From an uncultured Verrucomicrobiae bacterium (lineage in GTDB: Bacteria > Verrucomicrobiota > Verrucomicrobiia > Chthoniobacterales > JAFAMB01), in NCBI GenBank assembly GCA_963762565.1, contig CAVXLD010000001.1, forward strand, positions 864,001 to 928,000: DNA of 64,000 nt, read 5' to 3'. Positions 50,217 through 59,734 of the stretch are shown piece by piece. The notes under the pieces were generated by a model. That model did no database searches. It was not told where the DNA came from and was given only the letters and a program-made list of their open reading frames with translations. A program made the position numbers and the translations under genes. Position 1 is the first letter of the stretch, and each line of letters starts with the position of its first letter.

Positions 50217-50993
50217 CTACATCCCGACAATCTGATAGCCGCCATCGACATAGATCACCTGGCCGGTGATGGCCGCAGCTCCGTCGCTGGCTAGAAACAC
50301 TCCGGTTTGGCCTAGCTCGGACGGCTCGCAGCTACGGCGAAGCGGAGCCCGTTCTTGATAGTGTTTCAACATCGAGGTGAACCCGGAAATACCCCGCGCG
50401 GCCAATGTTTGTACCGGTCCAGCGCTGATACAGTTCACCCGAATTTTTTTAGTGCCCAGATCGTAGGCCAAGTATCGCGTAGAGGCTTCCAGACTGGCTT
50501 TTGCTACCCCCATCACATTGTAGTGGGGCACAACTTTTTCCGAGCCATAATAGGTCATCGAGATCACGGAACCGCCGTTGGTCATTAACGGCACGGCCTC
50601 CCGGACCACCCCAACCAGGGAATAGGCACTAATATTGTGTGCGGTTAAAAAAGCGTCTCGACTGGTACTAACGAAATCGCCTTCCAAAGCTTCCTTAGGA
50701 GCAAACGCTACCGCATGCAGCAAGAGGTCAACCCGATCGGTGTGCTTTCTGACATTTTGAAAGAACTCGCCGATCTGTTCGTCACTCGAAACATCGCAAG
50801 GATAGGTCGGCACATCGGCGCCAAAAGTGCCTGTCAGTTCTTCGACGTTCTCCTTAAGCCGTTCGCCTTGATAATTGAAAATCAGCTTCGCCCCCGCTGA
50901 ATGCCAAGCCTGGGCGATCGCCCAGGCGATACTACGCTTATTCGCGACCCCAAAAACGACGCCGACTTTGCCATCAAGAGGTTGTGAGCTCAT
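50217..50993 (-). CDS. fabI: Enoyl-ACP reductase
   Basis: GVANKRSIAWAIA, YNVMGVAKASLE, ISAGP..TLAA. Confidence 0.95.
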   Translation of the reverse strand: MSSQPLDGKVGVVFGVANKRSIAWAIAQAWHSAGAKLIFNYQGERLKENVEELTGTFGADVPTYPCDVSSDEQIGEFFQNVRKHTDRVDLLLHAVAFAPKEALEGDFVSTSRDAFLTAHNISAYSLVGVVREAVPLMTNGGSVISMTYYGSEKVVPHYNVMGVAKASLEASTRYLAYDLGTKKIRVNCISAGPVQTLAARGISGFTSMLKHYQERAPLRRSCEPSELGQTGVFLASDGAAAITGQVIYVDGGYQIVGM

Positions 50994-51059
50994 GGGTATG
51001 ATCTCTCGAATAAAACAAGTCAGAGCAAATGCAAACCCCGAATGCACGCAAAGAAAACG

Positions 51060-51387
51060 GACCAACCGCAGCCCCGAAATTCTCCGGGGTGAAATGGACA
51101 CTGATTTAGGCAGATAAAATCGACCGCGAATGCACGCGAATAGACACGAATAAACATCGCAGAACAGAGATTAGATATCCGCAGATTAACGCAGATTACG
51201 CAGATTTCTTCAGGAGCTTGGATTCGACTCTTCAGTAAAAACATCTTCCTGGCTCGGTCACGTTTCCTATAACCCTGGGCGGCATCCGAACCTAAGATCG
51301 AAATCTGCGTAATCTGCGTAATCTGCGGATATTTAATCTTAGTCTGCACCCAATTCATCCCGGAGAATTTCGGGGCTGCGGTTGGTC
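51060..51387. repeat. Nested inverted element: 28-bp outer IR enclosing a CGCAGATTA IR
   Basis: gaccaaccgcagccccgaaattctccgg / ccggagaatttcggggctgcggttggtc; inner arms at about 51176-51208 and 51301-51332. Confidence 0.85.
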
Positions 51388-51402
51388 TTTCCAATCTGCG
51401 GT

Positions 51403-52836
51403 TCAGAGGGATTCGCTCAACAGGCGGATCCCTTCCCTGATCTGGGTTTCATTTAGCGCTGCGTAACCAAGCATCAATCCGGGACGGGACGGCTGTTTCA
51501 GGAAGCAATGGGATATCCCGTAAATACCGACCCCGCGGGATGCGGCGCGAGAAATCGCGGCAGCTTCAGAAATTGGCTCCCGTGGCCATAACACCACATG
51601 AGACCCTGAGTCGGCGCCGGTAATTTCTACACGATCGCCCAAGTATTTGCCGATGGCTTCGAGGAGTGCGTCACGCCGCCCGGTGTTCCTCCGGCGTAAC
51701 CTGCGCAAATGGCGCTCGTATATTCCAGTAGCGATAAATTCGGCGAGCGTCTTCTGCTCCAGAGTCGCGGAGTGCTGATCACTAAGCCACTTGGCGGTCG
51801 TGAAGATGGGGGCCAACGACTTTGGTACGATCATGTAACCAATACGCAAAGCGGGAAAAATCGTGCGCGAGAACGTACCGACGTACAGGATGCGGCCTTC
51901 CCGATCCAATCCTTGGAGGGATTCCAAGGGACGTCCCGTATAGTGAAACTCGCCATCGCGATCATTCTCGATGATCACCGCATTTTTTTGGACAGCCCAT
52001 TCGATAAGAGCCAGACGCCGCTCCAGCGGAAGAATAGCGCCGGTCGGAAACTGGTGCGACGGAGTAACAAAAATCAAACTAGCGCGATTGGGCAATTTGG
52101 CCGGGACAAGTCCCTGGCCATCGACCGGCACGGGCGCCAGGCGGGCCGAAGCAGCCCGAACCACTTCGCGAATCCCTTGGTACTGGGGATCCTCGACCGC
52201 TACCGTGTCGCCACGTTCAACGAGAACTCGCGTCACAAGATCCAGCGCTTGCTGGGAGCCGTTTACCACGATCACTTCTGACGGATCGCAGATCACGGCT
52301 CGCGAACGCCGTAGCTGAGCTGAGATAGCCTCACGCAATGCCGGCATACCTCCGGCAGGCCCATAGTCGAGTTCACGAGTAGAGGCTCTTAGCGCATGTC
52401 GAAGTAAAATACGGCGCCACGCGTCGAATGGAAAGATCGCCAGGTCGCTCCCGCCATAAGCAAAGTCATAACGAAGCCGCGTCGGAAGCCGGTCCGGAAA
52501 CTCAACGGTTTGGGAAGCAGCGGCGGCGGCAGCACCAAATTGCGAAAGCTGAATCTTGGCCGGTTTTTCCAGTATGCGTCGACTATTCAGCCGCAAACTT
52601 CCCGAGACATAGGTCCCCGAACCAGCACGTCCCTCCGCGTATCCCTCTGCCAGCAATTGGTCATAGGCCAAGAGTACGATTGTTCGGGAGACTCCCAATT
52701 GATCGGCCAGTTCTCTGGTTGATGGCAGCCGCTCGCCAGCAGAGAAGGTTCCGGACAAGATGCCTTGTCGGAGACCAAGATAAAGTTGTCTGAAAAGAGG
52801 CCTGCCGTCTTTTGCCAGTGGTATCACAACTTCCAT
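51403..52836 (-). CDS. MocR/GabR family regulator (GntR wHTH plus PLP aminotransferase-like domain)
   Basis: GERLPSTRELA..LGVSR, TPSHQFPTG, GTFSRTIFPALR.GY; start 52836 or 52851. Confidence 0.93.
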   Translation of the reverse strand: MEVVIPLAKDGRPLFRQLYLGLRQGILSGTFSAGERLPSTRELADQLGVSRTIVLLAYDQLLAEGYAEGRAGSGTYVSGSLRLNSRRILEKPAKIQLSQFGAAAAAASQTVEFPDRLPTRLRYDFAYGGSDLAIFPFDAWRRILLRHALRASTRELDYGPAGGMPALREAISAQLRRSRAVICDPSEVIVVNGSQQALDLVTRVLVERGDTVAVEDPQYQGIREVVRAASARLAPVPVDGQGLVPAKLPNRASLIFVTPSHQFPTGAILPLERRLALIEWAVQKNAVIIENDRDGEFHYTGRPLESLQGLDREGRILYVGTFSRTIFPALRIGYMIVPKSLAPIFTTAKWLSDQHSATLEQKTLAEFIATGIYERHLRRLRRRNTGRRDALLEAIGKYLGDRVEITGADSGSHVVLWPREPISEAAAISRAASRGVGIYGISHCFLKQPSRPGLMLGYAALNETQIREGIRLLSESL

Positions 52837-52862
52837 AGGGAGTGGTATCATCCAAATACCAC
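52817..52862. promoter_or_regulatory. Candidate MocR operator (ATACCA boxes: two direct, one inverted)
   Basis: AGTGGTATCA at 52817 and 52841; ATACCAC at 52856. Confidence 0.55.
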
Positions 52863-52895
52863 GTCCCTAGGCGTTGGGGAAGGTAGCCGATAGGA

Positions 52896-53003
52896 TAACA
52901 AAATGACAAATGACAGATGACAAATGACAAATGACAAATCCGCACCGCCTCAGGTACTAAGTTGTCCTCCGTCGCACCGTTTTCTGATCTGTCATTTGTC
53001 ATT
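52896..53003. repeat. Inverted heptamer arrays (ATGACAA / TTGTCAT)
   Basis: About five copies of aatgaca, then tctgtcatttgtcatt. Confidence 0.85.
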
Positions 53004-53031
53004 CCCAGCGCTTCGAGCGATGTCCTCATCC

Positions 53032-53994
53032 ATGCCGGACTCAATCAAAATCGCGGTGCTCGACGACTATCAACGCAACGCCGAATCGTTTGCTAACTGG
53101 GCCAGTCTGGAGCCAGCCGCCAAGACCGTATTTTTCCACGACAACGTGTCCGATATCGATCAGCTAGTATCGCGGCTGGAACCATTTTCTGCGGTGATGT
53201 TAATCCGGGAAAGAACTCGGTTTGGCGCCAATCTGATCGACCGGCTGCCCAACCTGAAATTGATCCTTAACATCGGCATGCACAACGCCGCCATCGATCT
53301 TGAAGCAGCGAAAGCACGGAACATCGTGGTTAGCGGCACGGAAGGGATCGATCTCGAAGCGACTCCGGTGCTGACCTGGGCATTGATCCTCGGAGTAACG
53401 CGGAACCTCTATTCGGAAACTGCGTCGGTGAGAGCCGGAGGTTGGCAAGTAGGTATCGGTATCGATCTGCCCGGTAAAACGCTGGGTTTAGTTGGTCTCG
53501 GCAGGATCGGCCAGGTAATTGCTCGTTATGCAGCCGCTTTCAGAATGCCGGTTATCGCCTGGAGTCAGAATCTGACAGCCGACAAAGCCGCTCAACACGG
53601 GGTAGAACTGGTGAAGAAAGCCGATTTATTCCGCCGAGCAGATATTCTTAGTATCCATGTGAGACTCAGCGACCGCACGCGCAACCTCATCGGCGAACAC
53701 GAATTAAGTCTCATGAAGCCGACCGCCTATCTCGTGAACACCTCGCGCGGACCGATTGTGTCGGAGACGGCTTTGATTGCGGCGTTGCAAACAGGAAAAA
53801 TCAAAGCGGCGGCGCTTGATGTTTTCGATAAGGAACCGCTACCGCCGGATCATCCGTTCCGGTTTTTGCCAAATGTCTTGGCAACCCCGCACATCGGCTA
53901 TGTGACCGAGAACACCTACGCGCAAGCTTTTCAGCAAATCGTCGAAAATATTTCCGCGTGGCTGGATGGTAAACCGCAGAGGGTAATGGGGTGA
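53032..53994 (+). CDS. D-2-hydroxyacid dehydrogenase family protein
   Basis: IAVLDDYQ, GLGRIG, NTSRGPIV, ATPHIGYV. Confidence 0.93.
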   Translation: MPDSIKIAVLDDYQRNAESFANWASLEPAAKTVFFHDNVSDIDQLVSRLEPFSAVMLIRERTRFGANLIDRLPNLKLILNIGMHNAAIDLEAAKARNIVVSGTEGIDLEATPVLTWALILGVTRNLYSETASVRAGGWQVGIGIDLPGKTLGLVGLGRIGQVIARYAAAFRMPVIAWSQNLTADKAAQHGVELVKKADLFRRADILSIHVRLSDRTRNLIGEHELSLMKPTAYLVNTSRGPIVSETALIAALQTGKIKAAALDVFDKEPLPPDHPFRFLPNVLATPHIGYVTENTYAQAFQQIVENISAWLDGKPQRVMG

Positions 53995-53997
53995 GAT

Positions 53998-54281
53998 CCG
54001 TGGAGCGCTGCCTCGCTTGCGAGGCCGATGGGGTCGCCACCCGTGGAGCGTGCCTCGCTTGCGAGGCCGATGGGGTCGCCACCCGTGGAGCGTGCCTCGC
54101 TTGCGAGGCCGATGGTGAGCAGGGTCCATGGTTAGCTCGGCAAATCGTCGAGTTGCGCTCTGTGTGTCTTAAGAAGCAAACCTCGCGACACAGAGCGTCG
54201 ATCGTAATAAGGTATGCGTCACGATTTCCCCTGGTCACAACGGCCTCGCAAGCGAGGCAGCGCTCCACGGGTGGCGACCCC
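53998..54281. repeat. REP family C: three tandem 42-43 bp units (third partial) plus an inverted copy
   Basis: ccgtggagcg(c)tgcctcgcttgcgaggccgatggggtcgccac at 53998, 54041 and 54083; inverted at 54241-54281. Confidence 0.9.
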
Positions 54282-54291
54282 TTCCACCCTC

Positions 54292-55512
54292 TCAAAACCT
54301 GTCCCAGAAGCTCAGGGCGGGATACTCGTTTGGAAACAGGACCGGCACCAGAAACTTAGCTTGCCCACGCAGTCGAATACCTCCCGAGTCAATCGTCTCT
54401 TGAGGGTCATCCGTTCCAAACATTAGCTGAGCGATCGCTTCTCCACCCGAAATGGAATTCTCAGACCGCGATCCAGGCAAAAGTTCTATCTTTCCCTGCT
54501 TGATGCGAAGTGTGACCGCTTCCTGGCTGTCATCCACCAACAGATCGCCGGACCAGCCTGAAAGGTGAGACCGTCGTAGGCGATCCTCGAGCTCGGGCAG
54601 GAGCCGCCGCGTAAATCTTTGGAGCGAAATCGCACGAATCATTGGACCACCCGAACTCCGATAGTCGCTTTTGAAATCACTATTCTGGCGACGCAGAAAC
54701 CGCGAAAGCTGGCTCTGGTAATGAATCCATCGAAACTGAATCGTAGCGAGACCCCGGGCCTTCGCTAAGCGTCTAACCACCGCTAAGATTACCTCAGGAT
54801 TTCCAGCCCAAGATCGAACTTCGAGAGTATTTCGATTAACCCCAACAAATACAAAACCAGCCACCTGTTGGTGTTGCTTCCAAAGGTAGGCGTCGGATTC
54901 AACCAATGGGTTGCCCAATGGGAACACCGGACGAACTGCGGTTCCGGTTAGGTTCGCGTTCTCCCGATTATATAGAGCAGCTAGATCGGATCGAGCGGCG
55001 GAACGGCATCGCTCTAGTTTCCCAGGGATCGCCTCCGTCGAGATTTGGCCAACTTCGATCGTTGCATTTAAGAATGTCCATGCCCGGCAATAGCCAAACT
55101 GCTCGTAGAAGTTTGGGATACCGAACAATACTGAGACTTCATAGTCGGAATCGCGCAGGGCTTCCAAAGTGGCGTTGGCAGTCTGACGCAGAAATCCTCT
55201 TTTCCGATAGTGACCATCAGTCGCCACCGATCCAATACCGGCAGTGAGAATTCGAGCGCGCCCCACTCGGACCTGCAACTTCCAAATTCCGAAATGACTT
55301 ACGATCTCGCTGCCCAATTTCCCGACCCGGGAAGCATTCCAATCATAGTTGCTGTTTAAGAGAAGGCCGTCCCGGCAGATGCGTTCACCCTGCCAATAGC
55401 CCGCACTAACCGCGAAAGTTTTACAAAGTAAATCAATGAGTTTAGGACCATCAGTTCCAGGGTCCGGCGCAGAGATTTGCAAGTCTTCGGCTGAACCTCG
55501 CGGAGCAGTCAT
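54292..55512 (-). CDS. Eis-like GNAT acetyltransferase with C-terminal SCP2-like domain
   Basis: GIGSVAT...YRKRG, SVLFGIPNFYEQFGY. Confidence 0.8.
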   Translation of the reverse strand: MTAPRGSAEDLQISAPDPGTDGPKLIDLLCKTFAVSAGYWQGERICRDGLLLNSNYDWNASRVGKLGSEIVSHFGIWKLQVRVGRARILTAGIGSVATDGHYRKRGFLRQTANATLEALRDSDYEVSVLFGIPNFYEQFGYCRAWTFLNATIEVGQISTEAIPGKLERCRSAARSDLAALYNRENANLTGTAVRPVFPLGNPLVESDAYLWKQHQQVAGFVFVGVNRNTLEVRSWAGNPEVILAVVRRLAKARGLATIQFRWIHYQSQLSRFLRRQNSDFKSDYRSSGGPMIRAISLQRFTRRLLPELEDRLRRSHLSGWSGDLLVDDSQEAVTLRIKQGKIELLPGSRSENSISGGEAIAQLMFGTDDPQETIDSGGIRLRGQAKFLVPVLFPNEYPALSFWDRF

Positions 55513-55634
55513 GGATATGGTTTGTCGAATGCCGGTTTGTCTCACTTTTTTAGCAGATCGACAAGAATTGTAGCCAATTGAGCTTGCTGGTTTCGCCATT
55601 TTGAGTCAAAGAGTTCGATAAATATCGAACTTCT

Positions 55635-56666
55635 ATGGAATACCGATTACTTGGGGGCTCAGGTTTCAGCGTACCGGTTTTAACCTTCGGGACCGGCACA
55701 TTTGGGGGAAAAAGTGAATTCTTTAAAGCCTGGGGAGAAACCGATGTCAAAGAAGCGACTCATTTGGTTGATATTTGCCTCGAGGCAGGTCTAACCATGT
55801 TCGATTCGGCCGATGTGTATTCGGGAGGCAATTCTGAGGAAGTGCTCGGCGGCGCCATTAAAGGACGCCGGGATCAAGTCCTGATCTCCACGAAAGCGAC
55901 TTTCCGGCATGGAACCGGCCCGAACGACGTTGGCTCGTCCCGTTTCCATCTCGTCAATGCGGTGGAAGGAAGTCTACACCGCCTCGGCACCGACTATATC
56001 GACCTTTTTCAGCTCCACGGGTTCGACGCTTTTACTCCGATCGAAGAAACGCTGAGTACGCTCGACGACCTGGTGCGAGCCGGTAAGATCCGTTATATCG
56101 GCTGCTCGAACTTCTCCGGTTGGCACCTCATGAAGTCACTGGCCATATCGGAAAGATATGGTTGGGCCCGTTATATCGCGCATCAGGCGTACTACTCGCT
56201 CATCGGCCGGGAATACGAATGGGAATTGATGCCATTGAGCGTGGACCAGAAGGTCGGTACCGTGGTTTGGAGCCCACTCGGCTGGGGGCGTTTAACCGGG
56301 AAGGTCCGGCGGGGGCAGCCGCTACCGGAAGTTAGTCGCCAGCGGAGCGCTCTTTCCCAGGAAATGGGACCGAAGGTCACTGACGATTATTTATATAAGG
56401 TCGTGGATGCACTCGATGAAGTTGCTGCCGAGACCGGGAAGACTGTCGCTCAGATTGCGCTCAACTGGCTGGTTCAGCGGCCCACGGTTGCGACGATCAT
56501 CATTGGGGCCCGCAACGAACAACAACTGCGCGACAATCTCGGCGCGGTCGGTTGGAACTTGACGGCCGAACAAGTCCGCAAACTCGACGCAGCCAGTGCT
56601 GTCCCGCTGATTTACCCCTACTGGCACCAGAAAATGTTTGATCGGAATCCCTTGCCGGTCAGTTAG
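55635..56666 (+). CDS. Aldo/keto reductase
   Basis: FDSADVYS, SLHRLGTDYIDLFQLH, GKIRYIGCSNF, WSPLGWG. Confidence 0.94.
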   Translation: MEYRLLGGSGFSVPVLTFGTGTFGGKSEFFKAWGETDVKEATHLVDICLEAGLTMFDSADVYSGGNSEEVLGGAIKGRRDQVLISTKATFRHGTGPNDVGSSRFHLVNAVEGSLHRLGTDYIDLFQLHGFDAFTPIEETLSTLDDLVRAGKIRYIGCSNFSGWHLMKSLAISERYGWARYIAHQAYYSLIGREYEWELMPLSVDQKVGTVVWSPLGWGRLTGKVRRGQPLPEVSRQRSALSQEMGPKVTDDYLYKVVDALDEVAAETGKTVAQIALNWLVQRPTVATIIIGARNEQQLRDNLGAVGWNLTAEQVRKLDAASAVPLIYPYWHQKMFDRNPLPVS

Positions 56667-56693
56667 GCGCGGGAAGGCGTGTGGGCAACAGCG

Positions 56694-56971
56694 CCTGGAG
56701 GGGAGCCGCTTTGGCGCGTGCCCCAAGACATCCCGATATTTGTTATATCGCGAGCCTGACTTGAAAACGTGAAAGCAAGCGGCTCCCGGGAATTACCCAA
56801 CGCGGTGTTTCGGCCCAGGGTTCATTGACTCGTTTTCTGTGCGACCGTTAGAACTACACAGCGCTCGGTCTTTCGCGGGAGCCGCCTGTTGCGTACGCTT
56901 CTCAGCCGTGATCATGACAGAGCAAACTCGACGGGATTTTTAGGCACGCGCCAAAGCGGCTCCCCTCCAGG
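56694..56971. repeat. REP family A doublet
   Basis: cctggaggggagccgctttggcgcgtgcc ... ggcacgcgccaaagcggctcccctccagg. Confidence 0.88.
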
Positions 56972-57062
56972 GCCTTGTCTCCCCCTGCCGATCGCTCCAT
57001 CGCCGTTTCGCCGTTTCGCCAACACGCGCCCAAGGCTTGAGCTATCGCCGACCCGGCATTAA

Positions 57063-58961
57063 TTGAGACACGTGGGAGACGCGCTGGTTGATTGCCCCAA
57101 CAGGTTAAGCCGGAGTGCACCGCCGGCGGAACGGCCACTTCTGGTTTACGATGGCGACTGTCAGTTTTGTTTCCGATGGATAGTTCGGTGGCAACGTACA
57201 TTTACCGACAAGGTTGATGTTGCTCCGTTTCAGTCGGTTGCCGCTCGCTTTGGCGAGGATCTGCCCGTTGAATGTTTTCAATCGGCCATCCGGCTGATTG
57301 AGCCGGACGGTCAGGTCTATTCAGGCGCAGAAGCAGTGTTCAGGGCGCTAAGCTACGGACCAGGCAACAGCAAGGCCTACTGGTATTACCGGCGCCTCCC
57401 CGGATTCGGGCTTTGCGCACGAGGTTTCTATTGGGTCGCATCCAAAAATCGCGGGTTAGCTTCATTCCTAACCACCACGCTTTGGGGGAAACAAGCACCA
57501 GTCCCAACGACCTACTATGGTGCTCGGCACTTATTTCTCCGGTTGCTCGGCCTAGTCTACTTTATTGCGATTGTCTCTTTTTGGGTACAAGCGGACGCAC
57601 TGGTTGGCCATGACGGCATCGTCCCGTTGACGCCATGGTTAGATCAAGTGCACGAGCGCCTCGGAGCGCAAGCTTACTGGGTCTGTCCCACCCTTTTCTG
57701 GTTCAACTCTTCTAGCGAGTTCGTGCATATGCTGTGCGGGATCGGCGCGGGGCTTAGCGTGTTACTCGCTTTCGAGGTTGTTCCGGTTCTTTGCCTAATA
57801 CTGCTTTGGTTAATTTATCTTTCGATCGCAGTTGCCGGTCAGGTATTCATGAACTTCCAGTGGGATTATCTCCTGCTTGAAACTGGTTTTTTCAGTATCT
57901 TTCTCGCACCACTACGCTGGCTGCCATACCGGCGATCTGAAGCACCGATATCGCCCTGGGCGCATTTCATTTTACGCTGGCTTTTGTTCCGGCTGATGTT
58001 CATGTCAGGAGTAGTAAAGCTAACCAGCGGCGATCCTTCCTGGTGGAACCTGACCGCCCTAAACTACCATTATTGGACCCAACCGCTGCCGACGCCGCTG
58101 GCTTGGTGGGCGAATCAACTTCCGGATTGGTTCCAATCCACCTCGATGGTCGTTATGTTCGCGATTGAATTGCTCGCTCCCTTCCTTCTCTTCTTTCCTA
58201 AACGACTTCGATTGATTGGCGTTACCAGCATTGTCGGGCTGCAAGTACTGATCGCCGCCACGGGCAACTATTGTTTCTTTAACTTGCTGACGGTCGCACT
58301 TTGCGTCTTATCGGTCGATGATTCGGTCTGGCCGCGTTTCGGGAGAAAAGTACGGCCTCCGGTTAAGCTGACCGGTTTACGCTGGTCATCCTGGCTTCTA
58401 GTTCCGGTAACGGCGATCGTATTGACTTTCAGTGGGCCGTTGCTTTGGGAAGCTTTTTATCCGGACAGCAACTGGCCTCCGTTACTCCAAGACTGGTACG
58501 GTTATATCGAGCGGTTTCGCTCGCTCAACAGCTACGGTCTGTTTCGGGTTATGACGACAAGTCGTCCCGAGATTATTGTGGAGGGAAGTAATGATGGTAT
58601 CACCTGGCAACCTTATGAATTCAAATACCAGGTCGGGAACGTGCAACAGGCGCCGCCGATTGTAGCTCCGCATCAACCAAGATTGGACTGGCAGATTTGG
58701 TTTGCGGCGTTGGGAGACGTGGAAGGGGAACCTTGGTTTGTTAACTTTCTTGCTCGCTTATTGGAAGGATCCCAGCCGGTCATCGGCTTATTAAAAACAA
58801 ATCCGTTTCCGGATTCCCCACCTCTTTATGTTCGGGCGAAGTTATACGAATATCATTTCACAACTCTGGAAGAGAAACAGAAGACCGGCGCCTGGTGGAA
58901 TCGGGAAGAGAAAGGGATGTATTGTCCGGTGGTGAGCTTACGGAAAGCGGGGTCGGAGTGA
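57063..58961 (+). CDS. DCC1/DUF393 thiol-disulfide domain fused to lipase maturation factor (LMF1) domain
   Basis: LVYDGDCQFC; QWDYLLLETGF, FRLMFMSGVVKL, TQPLP, PHQPRLDWQIWFAAL; start uncertain. Confidence 0.9.
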   Translation: MRHVGDALVDCPNRLSRSAPPAERPLLVYDGDCQFCFRWIVRWQRTFTDKVDVAPFQSVAARFGEDLPVECFQSAIRLIEPDGQVYSGAEAVFRALSYGPGNSKAYWYYRRLPGFGLCARGFYWVASKNRGLASFLTTTLWGKQAPVPTTYYGARHLFLRLLGLVYFIAIVSFWVQADALVGHDGIVPLTPWLDQVHERLGAQAYWVCPTLFWFNSSSEFVHMLCGIGAGLSVLLAFEVVPVLCLILLWLIYLSIAVAGQVFMNFQWDYLLLETGFFSIFLAPLRWLPYRRSEAPISPWAHFILRWLLFRLMFMSGVVKLTSGDPSWWNLTALNYHYWTQPLPTPLAWWANQLPDWFQSTSMVVMFAIELLAPFLLFFPKRLRLIGVTSIVGLQVLIAATGNYCFFNLLTVALCVLSVDDSVWPRFGRKVRPPVKLTGLRWSSWLLVPVTAIVLTFSGPLLWEAFYPDSNWPPLLQDWYGYIERFRSLNSYGLFRVMTTSRPEIIVEGSNDGITWQPYEFKYQVGNVQQAPPIVAPHQPRLDWQIWFAALGDVEGEPWFVNFLARLLEGSQPVIGLLKTNPFPDSPPLYVRAKLYEYHFTTLEEKQKTGAWWNREEKGMYCPVVSLRKAGSE

Positions 58962-58983
58962 TGGGCCGGTAGGGCGACCACCC

Positions 58984-59730
58984 TCACGCTGCCTTCTTCG
59001 GCTGCCGCCCGCGCGCCGGCGCCGGCAGAGCTCTGGCCTTGGAAGTCTTCGCGGTTTTCGTAGAAGATGCCGCTTCGGTGTATTCGTCGAAACTCGGACA
59101 GATCGATGCCAAGCCGCAATGGGCGCAATCCGGTTTCTGCGAATAACAACAACGGCGGCCGTGCCAAATCAGCCAATGACTGAAAAGGGTCCAATCGTTT
59201 TGCGGAACGAGCTTCATGAGCTCGATTTCAATTTTGTCCGGGTCCTCTTCGCGAGTCAGACCAAGGCGTTGAGCCAAACGCCGGACATGCGTATCCACGA
59301 CGATGCCGGCGTTAATATTGAACGCGTTGCCAAGAACCACATTTGCAGTTTTTCGGCCGACTCCCGCCAACGAGATTAATTCCTCCATCGAAGCGGGCAC
59401 TTTACCGCCGAATTTGTTAACCAAGTCCTGGGCCATGCTGCGAAGGCTCTTTGATTTGCTTCGGAAAAAGCCGGTCGATTTAATCGCGACCTCTAGGTCT
59501 TCCTGCGGAATCGCGGCGTAATCTGCGGCCGTTCTCAGTTTCTTAAACAAATCTCGCGTGACAATGTTCACGCGTTTGTCTGTGCATTGGGCGGACAGAA
59601 TAGTCGCCACCAACAGTTCCAGGGGATTAGTAAAATCCAGCTCGCAATGGGCATCAGGGTAAAGCTGGCGCAGCTTCCGAATCACTGCGGCAGCGTGTTC
59701 TTTAAGAGCTTGCCCTTTTTTGAGCTTCAT
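58984..59730 (-). CDS. nth: Endonuclease III
   Basis: LLVATILSAQCTD, GVGRKTANVVL, VDTHV, C-terminal 4Fe-4S Cys motif. Confidence 0.95.
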   Translation of the reverse strand: MKLKKGQALKEHAAAVIRKLRQLYPDAHCELDFTNPLELLVATILSAQCTDKRVNIVTRDLFKKLRTAADYAAIPQEDLEVAIKSTGFFRSKSKSLRSMAQDLVNKFGGKVPASMEELISLAGVGRKTANVVLGNAFNINAGIVVDTHVRRLAQRLGLTREEDPDKIEIELMKLVPQNDWTLFSHWLIWHGRRCCYSQKPDCAHCGLASICPSFDEYTEAASSTKTAKTSKARALPAPARGRQPKKAA

Positions 59731-59734
59731 TCCG

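Noticed and set aside
53998..54115. Tandem palindromic repeats as a CRISPR array
   Set aside because: The linkers are identical and about 10 nt, there are no unique spacers or cas genes, and the unit also occurs singly elsewhere as a REP.
53801..54426. ORFs with repeated peptides (CLACEADGVATRGA; ASQARHAPRVATP)
   Set aside because: They are translations of the REP tandem array.
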